A DNA stretch of 22,587 nt from Candidatus Aenigmatarchaeota archaeon (GTDB lineage: Archaea > Aenigmatarchaeota > Aenigmatarchaeia > CG10238-14): NCBI GenBank assembly GCA_044343545.1, contig JAWBZR010000012.1, positions 1-22,587 on the forward strand, written 5' to 3'. The notes beneath the pieces were generated by a model. That model made no database searches. It saw nothing but the letters and a program-made list of their open reading frames with translations, and was not told the origin of the DNA. How positions within the stretch are numbered: position 1 is the stretch's first letter; each line of letters begins with the position of its first letter. A program made the position numbers and the translations under genes. Shown here piece by piece: positions 8,046-16,334 of this stretch.

Positions 8046-9592
8046 TCTCGCTTACCTTTTTTCTTTTTATCTACTTTATCGCTTACCTCATCACCGAATA
8101 TAATTATTTCTTTTTCGGGTCTTAAAGTTGGAAAGAGTATCACTTCTCTTATAGAAGGTGAATCTGTTAAAAGCATAACAAACCTGTCTATTCCTATACC
8201 ATGGCCAGTAGTTGGAGGCATGCCATATTCCAATGCTCGAATGAAATCTTTATCAAAAGGATGGGCTTCTTCATCACCCTTCGCTCTCTTAGCAGCTTGC
8301 TCCTCAAATCTCTTTCTCTGCTCTATAGGGTCATTTATTTCTGAATATGCATTTATTAATTCTTTGCCAGCAACTATTACTTCAAATCTTTCTATAATTT
8401 TCGGGTTATTCTTTTTTGTTTTAGATAAAGGACAAAGTTCCACAGGATGATCTATGACAAATGTTGGATTGATGATTTTTTCCTCAGCCAATTCTTCAAA
8501 CAATACGCCTATAATCTCACCTCTCGTAGCATCCTCGCTTATTTCTATATTTTTGCTCTTCGCTATTTTTCTCAATTGTTCTTCCGTCTTTCCGGAAACA
8601 TCTACACCACCAAACTCCTTTATAGCCTCTTCCATCGTAATTCTTCTCCATGGAGGCGTGAAATCTATTTCTCTACCCTGATAGGTGATCTTATAACTTC
8701 CTTTGATTTCCTTTACGATAGACGAATAAAGCTCCTCTGTCAACTTCATATTATCTTCATAATCCGCATAAGCCCAATAAAATTCCATCATGGTAAATTC
8801 TGGGTTATGTCTTGTATCTATACCTTCATTTCTAAAATCCGGTCCTATCTCAAAAACCTTCTCAAATCCACCAACTATAAGCCTTTTTAAATAAAGCTCC
8901 GTAGCGATTCTTAAATATAGATTTATCCCCAGAGCATTGTGAAAAGTGATAAAGGGTCTTGCATTTGCGCCTCCTGCAATAGGTTGTAACACAGGTGTCT
9001 CGACTTCTATAAAGCCTAACTCCTTCAACTTCTTTCTTAACAAATCTATTACTTTTGACCTTGTTAGAAATATTTCCTTAACTTTTGGATTCATTAGCAA
9101 ATCGACATATCTCTGCCTATATCTAATTTCCACGTCTTTTAGACCGAACCATTGAGGTGGCAAGGGTCTTAAAGCTTTCGCGAGGACTTCAAACTTTTTT
9201 ACCCAAATACTCAACTCTCCTTTTTGAGTTTTAAATATGAAACCTTCTACGCCTAAAAAATCGCCAGTATCTATGAATTTTAAAATCTTGTAATTTTTTT
9301 CTGTGAGAGTATCGAACGTAAAAAATAATTGAATTTTTCCCGTAAAATCTTCTAAATCCATAAATGTTGTTTTGCCATGACTTCTTATGCTTCTTATTCT
9401 GCCTGCTATTCTAACTAATTCATATTCCAATTTTTCTCCAGGCTGAATCTTGCTGAACCTCATTTGGAGTTGAGAAATGTTGTGAGTTCTTTCATATTTT
9501 GTCGTTTTGAAAGGATATATTCCCATCTTTTCCAATTCTTCCAAGTCTTTCTTTCTTTTTTCCATTATTTGCTTCAACGGTAATTCTTTCAT
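8042..9592 (-). CDS. lysS: Lysine--tRNA ligase, class II
   Basis: OB-fold anticodon domain (AGRIRSIRSHGK), RYRQRYVDL, EVETPVLQPIAGGANARPF, YLRIATELYLKRL, motif 2 FRNEGID..HNPEF and motif 3 YGMPPT.G.GIGIDR. Confidence 0.97.
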   Translation of the reverse strand: MKELPLKQIMEKRKKDLEELEKMGIYPFKTTKYERTHNISQLQMRFSKIQPGEKLEYELVRIAGRIRSIRSHGKTTFMDLEDFTGKIQLFFTFDTLTEKNYKILKFIDTGDFLGVEGFIFKTQKGELSIWVKKFEVLAKALRPLPPQWFGLKDVEIRYRQRYVDLLMNPKVKEIFLTRSKVIDLLRKKLKELGFIEVETPVLQPIAGGANARPFITFHNALGINLYLRIATELYLKRLIVGGFEKVFEIGPDFRNEGIDTRHNPEFTMMEFYWAYADYEDNMKLTEELYSSIVKEIKGSYKITYQGREIDFTPPWRRITMEEAIKEFGGVDVSGKTEEQLRKIAKSKNIEISEDATRGEIIGVLFEELAEEKIINPTFVIDHPVELCPLSKTKKNNPKIIERFEVIVAGKELINAYSEINDPIEQRKRFEEQAAKRAKGDEEAHPFDKDFIRALEYGMPPTTGHGIGIDRFVMLLTDSPSIREVILFPTLRPEKEIIIFGDEVSDKVDKKKKGKRE

Positions 9593-9631
9593 AAATTTAA
9601 TATTTGATTTAAAACATTAAATTAATTTTAA

Positions 9632-10213
9632 TTAGTCTTCCCAAAAGTATTTTATCCTTTTCCTGCCAAAACCCAAAAATTTTACCATTACAAATCCTGC
9701 TATCATTCCACCTAAATGTCCATAGTGAGATATAAAAGGTTGAACGCCTGAAATGGCGTAAACAATCTGCAACACGGCCATTATTATAACAAAAATGTAG
9801 GCAGGCACAGGAAGCAATAAATTGACATAGATTATATCTCTTGGAAACATCATTCCAAACGCCGTTAAAATAGCAAAAATGGCTCCTGATGCTCCTATAA
9901 GAGGAATAGAATTTACTCCATTAATGAGAATGTGAAATATGCCTGAAAACATCCCGGCAATCGTATAAAAGATAAAAAACCTTGCTCTTCCCATTTCACT
10001 TTCTATTCTGGGCCCGAAAACTAGCAACGAAAACATATTTAAAAAAAGATGCTCGAAGCTTCCATGAACATACATGAAAGTAAAAAATTGCCAATACTTT
10101 CCGTTATAAATTGCTTCCGTAGGTGTGAGAGCGAGAGCATAAAAGACTGTTGGAATTATGGTTAAAAAGAATAGGAGTACATTTGTTGCTAATATCAAAT
10201 ATGTGACCTTCAC
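9632..10213 (-). CDS. Rhomboid family intramembrane serine protease
   Basis: WQFFT.MYVHG...HLFLNM, catalytic GASG and HYGHLGG, multiple TM helices. Start uncertain: GTG 10213 (GTGA overlap with the NUDIX stop) preferred over GTG 10243. Confidence 0.92.
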   Translation of the reverse strand: MKVTYLILATNVLLFFLTIIPTVFYALALTPTEAIYNGKYWQFFTFMYVHGSFEHLFLNMFSLLVFGPRIESEMGRARFFIFYTIAGMFSGIFHILINGVNSIPLIGASGAIFAILTAFGMMFPRDIIYVNLLLPVPAYIFVIIMAVLQIVYAISGVQPFISHYGHLGGMIAGFVMVKFLGFGRKRIKYFWED

Positions 10214-10650
10214 TTTTGATTTTTTTCTTGACACCTTAACCACTTTTCCAAATCTTTTATTATTTTTCTATTTGTAGTTATCAAATCAAGTTTTTTTGCT
10301 TCACTCAAAGTATACCAACCAAAATCTTCTAATTCTTCATTAATAGTCACTTTACCGCAAGCCGTGCAAATATATGCTAATACTATCACATGTCTTTCTT
10401 TATCATTATATTGAGAAGTGAAATAAAAAGAATAAGCATTTACCAGTTTTGCGGTTTTTAACTCCAAACTTACTTCTTCTTTCAACCCCCTCTTCAAAGC
10501 TTCTATTAGATCTTCCTTGTATTCTACGGCTTCTCCCACAAATCCCCACTTACCTGGTTCGAACCTGCTTTTTCTATTTCTCTTCACAAAAAGAAACTTG
10601 TCACCTCTTTTAACAATTGCTAAGACTCCAACCTTTTGTTCTTTCATCAT
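10210..10650 (-). CDS. NUDIX-fold protein with degenerate Nudix box
   Basis: VGVLAIV...FLFVKR......PGKWGFVGEAVEYKEDLIEALKRGLKEEVSL...EELEDFGW fits the NUDIX fold. Start is ATG 10650 or 10647. Confidence 0.85.
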   Translation of the reverse strand: MMKEQKVGVLAIVKRGDKFLFVKRNRKSRFEPGKWGFVGEAVEYKEDLIEALKRGLKEEVSLELKTAKLVNAYSFYFTSQYNDKERHVIVLAYICTACGKVTINEELEDFGWYTLSEAKKLDLITTNRKIIKDLEKWLRCQEKNQK

Positions 10651-10665
10651 AAAAATCATCTATGA

Positions 10666-10776
10666 TGGGCCGGGCGCGATTCGAACACGCGACCTACGGT
10701 TTTTACGCTCAGCGGCCTTATAAGACCGTTGCTTTAGTTGCCGACAAAGGCACTAACCAGGCTGAGCTACCGGCCC
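10666..10776 (-). tRNA. tRNA-Ile(UAU) with two introns (10734-10752 at position 22/23; 10701-10717 at position 38/39)
   Basis: Spliced sequence GGGCCGG-TA-GCTC-AGCCTGGTTA-G|AGC-A-ACGGT-CTTATAA|ACCGT-AGGTC-GCGTG-TTCGAAT-CGCGC-CCGGCCC-A (75 nt) folds as a cloverleaf. Both inserts form BHB/BHL-like splice motifs. Confidence 0.88.
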
Positions 10777-10848
10777 AATGAAAAAATTTAAATTACAAAA
10801 ATTAATTATTTTATTTTGAAAAGTCGCGATATTAATTATTTATCTTTG

Positions 10849-10880
10849 TTAAGTTATGATTCATTAAAGATCATAATTAA
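10849..10880. promoter_or_regulatory. Inverted repeat upstream of the thermosome gene (candidate operator)
   Basis: TTATGAT (10854-10860)-N9-ATCATAA (10870-10876), extendable with one indel to TTAAGTTATGAT/ATCATAATTAA. Confidence 0.35.
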
Positions 10881-10916
10881 TTCCTAATCAGAATGTATTA
10901 AAGGGGGTGTATCAAG

Positions 10917-12566
10917 ATGACAAATGCAACTTTAGCTCAATTAGGTGGGCAACCTGTCCTTATATTACCTGAAGGTACTTTAAGGACAAGAGGAAGAAGT
11001 GCACAAGAAAATAATATAGCCGCTGCAAAAGCGGTGGCTGATGCGGTTAGAACTACACTTGGGCCAAAAGGAATGGATAAAATGCTTGTAGATAGTATAG
11101 GTGATATAGTAATTACAAACGATGGTGTAACAATTCTAGAAGAAATGGAAATAGAACATCCTGCAGCAAAAATGCTCGTCGAAGTTGCAAAAACGCAAAA
11201 CGAGGAAGTAGGAGATGGAACGACAACAGCCGCAGTAATAGCAGGTGAATTGCTGAGCAAGGCAGGTGAATTGCTAGAGCAGAATATACATCCCACTGTT
11301 ATCATAAGAGGTTATAATTTAGCACTGAAAAAAGCCATAGAAATACTTGAAGGTATGGCAAAACCAATTTCAATAAAAGACAAGGAAATGCTAAAAAAGA
11401 TAGCGAGAACAAGTATGTCTGGCAAGTCTGGCTATGGTAACTTGGATAAAGTGGGTGACCTTGTAGTTGAAGCAGTGACACTAGTTGCAGAAGAAAAAAA
11501 TGGAAAAATAGTTATAGATAGAGAAAGCATAAAAAGAGAGAAAAAACAGGGAGGTTCTTCGGAAGATACCGAACTCATAAGGGGCGTAATAATAGATAAG
11601 GAAGTTGTTCATCCAGGAATGCCGAAAAGCGTGAAAGAAGCTAAGATAGCTCTCGTGGATGCAGCTTTAGAAGTAAAGGAAACTGAAACTGATGCACAAA
11701 TTCAAATTACAGACCCGTTGAAACTCCAAGCATTTTTAGAGCAAGAAGAAAAGTTGTTAAAAGATATGGTAGAAAAAATAGCCAAATCGGGAGCAAACGT
11801 CTTGTTCTGTCAAAAGGGTATAGATGATGCAGCGCAGCATTACTTGGCAAAGAAAGGAATTTTAGCAGCGAGAAGGGTGAAAAAGTCTGACATGGAAGCT
11901 TTGGCTAAAGCAACTGGAGCAAGAATAGTAACTAACTTGGATGATCTGGAGCCAAAAGATTTAGGTTATGCAAAATTGGTAGAGGAGATAAAAATAGGAG
12001 ATGAACAGATGATATTTGTAAGAGATTGCAAGAATCCCAAAGCGGTGAGCATCTTAGTAAGAGGAGGAACTGAACATGTTGTGGATGAAGTAGACAGAGC
12101 AATAGAAGATGCCATAGGTGCCGTAATATCTGCACTTGAAGTTGGCAAAATTGTTCCTGGAGGGGGTGCACCTGAAGCAGAAATTGCAAGAGGATTAAGA
12201 AAATATGCAGAAACTTTAAAAGGAAGAGAACAATTGGCTGTAAATGCATTTGCAGATGCAGTAGAAATAATTCCAAGAAGCTTGGCAGAAAATGCCGGAC
12301 TAGATCCAATCGATACATTAGTTGCATTGAGAGCGGAGCATGAGCATGGAAACGAAAGCATGGGAGTAAATGTGTATGAAGGCGGAGTTATAGATATGCT
12401 AAAAGAAGGGGTCATAGAACCTTTAAAAGTAAAGACGCAGGCACTCAAGTCTGCAGCCGAAGCAGCTGAAATGATTTTAAGAATAGATGATGTGATAGCA
12501 GCTTCGAAGATAGAAAAGGGTAGCAGCACTCCACCAACACCAAGCAGCGGTGATGAAGAATATTAA
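10917..12566 (+). CDS. ths: Thermosome (group II chaperonin) subunit
   Basis: [41 protein letters not shown] and [16 protein letters not shown]. Confidence 0.98.
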   Translation: MTNATLAQLGGQPVLILPEGTLRTRGRSAQENNIAAAKAVADAVRTTLGPKGMDKMLVDSIGDIVITNDGVTILEEMEIEHPAAKMLVEVAKTQNEEVGDGTTTAAVIAGELLSKAGELLEQNIHPTVIIRGYNLALKKAIEILEGMAKPISIKDKEMLKKIARTSMSGKSGYGNLDKVGDLVVEAVTLVAEEKNGKIVIDRESIKREKKQGGSSEDTELIRGVIIDKEVVHPGMPKSVKEAKIALVDAALEVKETETDAQIQITDPLKLQAFLEQEEKLLKDMVEKIAKSGANVLFCQKGIDDAAQHYLAKKGILAARRVKKSDMEALAKATGARIVTNLDDLEPKDLGYAKLVEEIKIGDEQMIFVRDCKNPKAVSILVRGGTEHVVDEVDRAIEDAIGAVISALEVGKIVPGGGAPEAEIARGLRKYAETLKGREQLAVNAFADAVEIIPRSLAENAGLDPIDTLVALRAEHEHGNESMGVNVYEGGVIDMLKEGVIEPLKVKTQALKSAAEAAEMILRIDDVIAASKIEKGSSTPPTPSSGDEEY

Positions 12567-12569
12567 AAA

Positions 12570-12595
12570 TTTTTTTCTTTTTTTACTTATTTTTT
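12570..12595 (+). terminator. Oligo-T archaeal terminator after the thermosome gene
   Basis: TTTTTTTCTTTTTTTACTTATTTTTT immediately after the TAA stop. Confidence 0.6.
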
Positions 12596-12665
12596 GACGA
12601 TTTCCAACTCAAATAACGTAAATAATATAAGGAACGAAACTAATTTTATATTAAAGTGAAATTTT

Positions 12666-13184
12666 ATGTATGAAGAAGAATTTGAAATAATACCGGTCAA
12701 CCCTCTGAGAAGATTGGAAAAAAGAATAGAAAGATTGGAAGCATATTCTGTTGAAGATCCCAAGTCTATATTTAAAGATATAATAGAAATTGTGAGAATG
12801 AATCAACAAATAGTTGACGAGTTGGCAAAATCTAACGATGCTTTGAGAGTGGAGTTGGCAAAACTTCCTGGAAGGCTTGACGAATTAATAACGGACATGA
12901 AAGAATTGATAGCATTTATAAAAGCTTCTGGTGAAGCAGAGCAACCTGGAATTAATCCCGAAATAATGAAACCTGTCGTTGAAAAATTAGATGCCATAGT
13001 TAATTTAAACAAATCATTCATTGAAAAAAATGAAACAATGCTGGAACTATTGGATGAAGTGAATAAAAAGTTGAAAAGAACGTCGATTCCTATGATGCCA
13101 CAACCTTCTATGCCCATGCAAACTCAAATGGTAAGACCCCTGACACCAATAAGACCATTGCCACCACAAAAAAATATAAGGTGA
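12666..13184 (+). CDS. Uncharacterised coiled-coil protein with Pro/Met/Gln-rich C-terminal tail; first gene of the pilus locus
   Basis: 172 aa, heptad-like amphipathic helices (LRRLEKRIERLE; IVDELAKSNDALRVELAKL; MLELLDEVNKKL), tail IPMMPQPSMPMQTQMVRPLTPIRPLPPQ, no TM segment. Ends 4 nt before the pilin. Confidence 0.75.
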   Translation: MYEEEFEIIPVNPLRRLEKRIERLEAYSVEDPKSIFKDIIEIVRMNQQIVDELAKSNDALRVELAKLPGRLDELITDMKELIAFIKASGEAEQPGINPEIMKPVVEKLDAIVNLNKSFIEKNETMLELLDEVNKKLKRTSIPMMPQPSMPMQTQMVRPLTPIRPLPPQKNIR

Positions 13185-13188
13185 TAAC

Positions 13189-13581
13189 GTGAAAGGGATA
13201 TCTGCCGTAATAGCAACTTTGTTGCTTTTAGTAATAACAATAGGTTTGGCGATGACCGCATACTTTTACATAAACAACATAGTTCACAGAAGCACGTCCA
13301 AAGTAATTACTGTAGAGCCAGGATATTGTACTCCATCAAGTGGAGGATATTTGATCACTGTAGTAATTACAAATACAGGAACCGAACCTATAAATCAAAA
13401 CGACATAAAGTTCGTTTTAAATAATAACGCTAATCCTACAGTTAATTATAACCCTCCAACTTCATTTCCTCTTCCACCAAGGGGTACGACAGTAGCATCT
13501 ATATCAACTACTCAATCTGGTGTGAACAATTTAATTGTTATAACTCCTTCAGGCTCAATTAAACAGCAAGTATTTTGTTAA
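13189..13581 (+). CDS. Archaeal type IV pilin (probable major pilin)
   Basis: Class III signal MKG|ISAVIATLLLLVITIGLA, then a Thr/Asn-rich beta domain with ITNTGT. GTG start with AGGTGA SD. Confidence 0.88.
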   Translation: MKGISAVIATLLLLVITIGLAMTAYFYINNIVHRSTSKVITVEPGYCTPSSGGYLITVVITNTGTEPINQNDIKFVLNNNANPTVNYNPPTSFPLPPRGTTVASISTTQSGVNNLIVITPSGSIKQQVFC

Positions 13582-13590
13582 GTGTTCAAG

Positions 13591-14193
13591 ATGAAAGCAC
13601 AAACGCAAGTTGTTTCGGTTATTCTTATTATTGGAATAGCTTTTGCAGCTATAGCTGCAATCCTTCCATGGTCCATAAACATGATACAAAAAAGAAAGGA
13701 TGCGAAGGCTGTTGATGATGCATTTAATTTTTTCATTTTGTTAGAATCAAAAATAAGAAATGTGGCGCAAAGTGGAGGAGATGAAAGTTTAGAACTAAAG
13801 ATACCTGGGAAATTGACCGTGTATCCTTCCTCAATTTCAGGGGAAAACAATAATAGTATAAATTTTGAGACGACGAGTAAAGTTTCAAATATAGCTCCAG
13901 ATCAAGGTTGGCTTTGCATGTCTACGAACTGCAATGCCACAGCCACTCTTGGAAAAGATGACTTTGGAGTAATTTTAGGCAAAGCAACAAAAAATAATGA
14001 TAATATGATAGTAGAATACAAGCTTTGGTTTAGAGAACTTAAAGATAGGCAAACTGGACACACATTCAAAATACTGTTAAACACTACAAACAACCGCATT
14101 ATCTCGACTACTATGCCATTTATACGAATACAAAAACTTCGAACATATGCAACTCAAGATTTAACTATAACTGAAATTAATATAATAATTTGA
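13591..14193 (+). CDS. Pilin-like protein (class III signal peptide)
   Basis: MKA|QTQVVSVILIIGIAFAAIAAILPW followed by an amphipathic helix and beta-rich domain. Alternative GTG start at 13582. Confidence 0.75.
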   Translation: MKAQTQVVSVILIIGIAFAAIAAILPWSINMIQKRKDAKAVDDAFNFFILLESKIRNVAQSGGDESLELKIPGKLTVYPSSISGENNNSINFETTSKVSNIAPDQGWLCMSTNCNATATLGKDDFGVILGKATKNNDNMIVEYKLWFRELKDRQTGHTFKILLNTTNNRIISTTMPFIRIQKLRTYATQDLTITEINIII

Positions 14194-14609
14194 TGAAAGG
14201 TCAAACCTTTATAGTAGAATATATAATAATGTTTGGAATAGCTTTTGGTATATTTTCCGCCCTAACCTATATATTCTATTCCCAAACAGATTTTTTGAGC
14301 AAAAAAATAGGTGAAAATTCTGCTAAACTTATAAACAAAATGTCTCTCATGTCTGTAATAAAAGCAAGCGCTTGTAAAGGTTGCGATAACATAATAATTC
14401 ATCAAGAAATACCTGAAAAAATAGGCGGAAGAAATTATAATATTACTTTTAACTCCCAAAACATTCAAGTTAATTTGTATGGTCAAATAATTAATAGCAC
14501 GAATTATAACATTAACGAAAGTTATAGTTTTTCTGGAAATATCATGAGTAAGAATAAAAAAGCAGAAATCAAAATTAATAATAAAATAAAATCTATAAAG
14601 GTGGAATGA
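14193..14609 (+). CDS. Pilin-like protein (class III signal peptide)
   Basis: MKG|QTFIVEYIIMFGIAFGIFSAL, and an IPEKIGGRNY.I segment of the kind seen in archaeal minor pilins. TGATG overlap with the previous gene. Confidence 0.78.
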   Translation: MKGQTFIVEYIIMFGIAFGIFSALTYIFYSQTDFLSKKIGENSAKLINKMSLMSVIKASACKGCDNIIIHQEIPEKIGGRNYNITFNSQNIQVNLYGQIINSTNYNINESYSFSGNIMSKNKKAEIKINNKIKSIKVE

Positions 14610-16334
14610 TTGAAAGGTGTTTTTTCTAAGTTAGTTAGAGGTTATAAAAATTTGAACAGGCAAAGTACGCAATTCTTTACCGGTCAAACAGTTTTGAAAG
14701 GGCCAATAGAAATTAGAGGAGAAGTTTCAATTAAAAAACCTGAAGAAATTGAAAAATATTTGCTCGAAGGCATTCAAATACCAGAATTTTCTCGGAGAGT
14801 TACTACATTTGGAATAGAAGAAGATGAAGAAAAAATTACCTTAACGTATCCTTTAATTCCGGAGAAGCCGCAAAAAAATGAACCTGTTCTAGCTTACGCC
14901 AAAATATTTTGGAATGCTGATAAAGGAAGGTATGAATATCATGTTATTGAGCCTCCGCTTACTGAAGAATTAAAAAAGATATTTTCCAAGTTGAAAGAAT
15001 TAGTAGAAGAAAGGTTAGACGTAGATTTCACTAGATTGAAAACCGATGCCGCGAAAGAATATATAAAGCAACAGTTAGAAGATATCATAAAAATTTTTGG
15101 AATAAAAATAACTGAAACTGAAAAGATGATTCTTGAATATTATATAAATAGAGATTTCTTGGGTTTAGGTAAAATAGAACCTTTGATGCGTGATCCAAAT
15201 ATAGAAGACATAAGCTGTGATGGTGTTAATTTGCCTATATTTGTTTTTCACAAAAACCCAAAGATAGGATCTGTCGTGACTAACATAGTTTTTGAAGATG
15301 CGGACGAGCTTGATTCTACACTTATAAGATTTGCTCAATTATGCGGACATTCTGTCTCGATACTAAATCCACTATTAGATGGCGCTCTACCAGATGGTTC
15401 TAGAATTCAAGGAACGCTATCAACTGATATAGCAAAAAGGGGAAGTAACTTCACTATTAGAAAGTTTTCAAAATCTCCTTACACTCCCACACATGTGTTA
15501 GCATCTGGAACTGTGGATGTAAAGACCTTAGCATATTTATGGACAGCTGTGGATTATGGAAGTAGCATTTTATTATCTGGAGGTACAGCAACGGGCAAAA
15601 CAACCTTCTTGAACATACTATCTTTATTTATTCGACCAGAAATGAAAATTGTGAGTATAGAAGATACAAGCGAAATAGTTTTGCCTCACGTTCACTGGAT
15701 ATCACAAGTTGCACGTGTACCAATAGCATCCGAACAGGGGAAGATAAAAGGTGAGATTGATCTTTTCGATTTATTAAGAGAAAGTTTGAGGCAGAGACCG
15801 GATTACATAATAGTTGGTGAAGTTAGAGGAAAAGAGGCTTATGTATTATTCCAACAGATGGCTACGGGACACTATTCTCTTGCAACAATTCATGCAGAAT
15901 CTATGGAAAAGCTTATAGACAGATTAATAACTCCACCCATTCAGCTTCCACCAAGCCTCATAGAAAGTCTAGATATAGTTGTATTCTTAACAGCAACCAG
16001 GTATAAAGGAAAGTTTGTTAGGAGGGTCAAGTCTATAAATGAAATAGTTGGATTCAACTATTCAGAAAACAAACCAATATTTAAGGAAATCATCAGGTGG
16101 AATTCTGAAAAGGACAAATTTGAAATTGTTAACAAGAGCACGATATTAGAAAGAATAAGAAAAAGATATGGATTTAGTGAAAAGCAAATAATAGATGAAA
16201 TTAAAAGAAGAATGTTGGTATTGGAATGGATATTCGAAAAAAATCTTACAGATTATAGAGATGTGGCCAAGGTGATAGAAGCTTATTATAAAGATCCAGT
16301 GATGGTGATAGACGCTATTTCTGGTGAACTTTAA
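14610..16334 (+). CDS. Type II/IV secretion (pilus assembly) ATPase, VirB11/FlaI/PilB family
   Basis: GLGKIEPLMRDPNIEDISCDG, FTIRKF, Walker A GGTATGKT, SIEDTSE, LRQRPDYIIVGEVRG and His box TGH...TIHA. TTG start behind AGGTGG. Confidence 0.95.
   Translation: MKGVFSKLVRGYKNLNRQSTQFFTGQTVLKGPIEIRGEVSIKKPEEIEKYLLEGIQIPEFSRRVTTFGIEEDEEKITLTYPLIPEKPQKNEPVLAYAKIFWNADKGRYEYHVIEPPLTEELKKIFSKLKELVEERLDVDFTRLKTDAAKEYIKQQLEDIIKIFGIKITETEKMILEYYINRDFLGLGKIEPLMRDPNIEDISCDGVNLPIFVFHKNPKIGSVVTNIVFEDADELDSTLIRFAQLCGHSVSILNPLLDGALPDGSRIQGTLSTDIAKRGSNFTIRKFSKSPYTPTHVLASGTVDVKTLAYLWTAVDYGSSILLSGGTATGKTTFLNILSLFIRPEMKIVSIEDTSEIVLPHVHWISQVARVPIASEQGKIKGEIDLFDLLRESLRQRPDYIIVGEVRGKEAYVLFQQMATGHYSLATIHAESMEKLIDRLITPPIQLPPSLIESLDIVVFLTATRYKGKFVRRVKSINEIVGFNYSENKPIFKEIIRWNSEKDKFEIVNKSTILERIRKRYGFSEKQIIDEIKRRMLVLEWIFEKNLTDYRDVAKVIEAYYKDPVMVIDAISGEL

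Noticed and set aside
10517..10723. 68-aa + strand ORF
   Set aside because: Antisense to the NUDIX gene and the tRNA; spurious.
10701..10724. Alternative splicing giving Leu(UAA) or Tyr(GUA) anticodons
   Set aside because: UAA would need a long variable arm and has no supporting BHB geometry. GUA would give an 8-nt loop. The 38/39 cut gives a 4-bp central helix with correctly placed bulges.
6161..10800. Integrated element bounded by the two tRNA genes
   Set aside because: No integrase, no duplicated tRNA 3' end (att site), and the enclosed genes are housekeeping.
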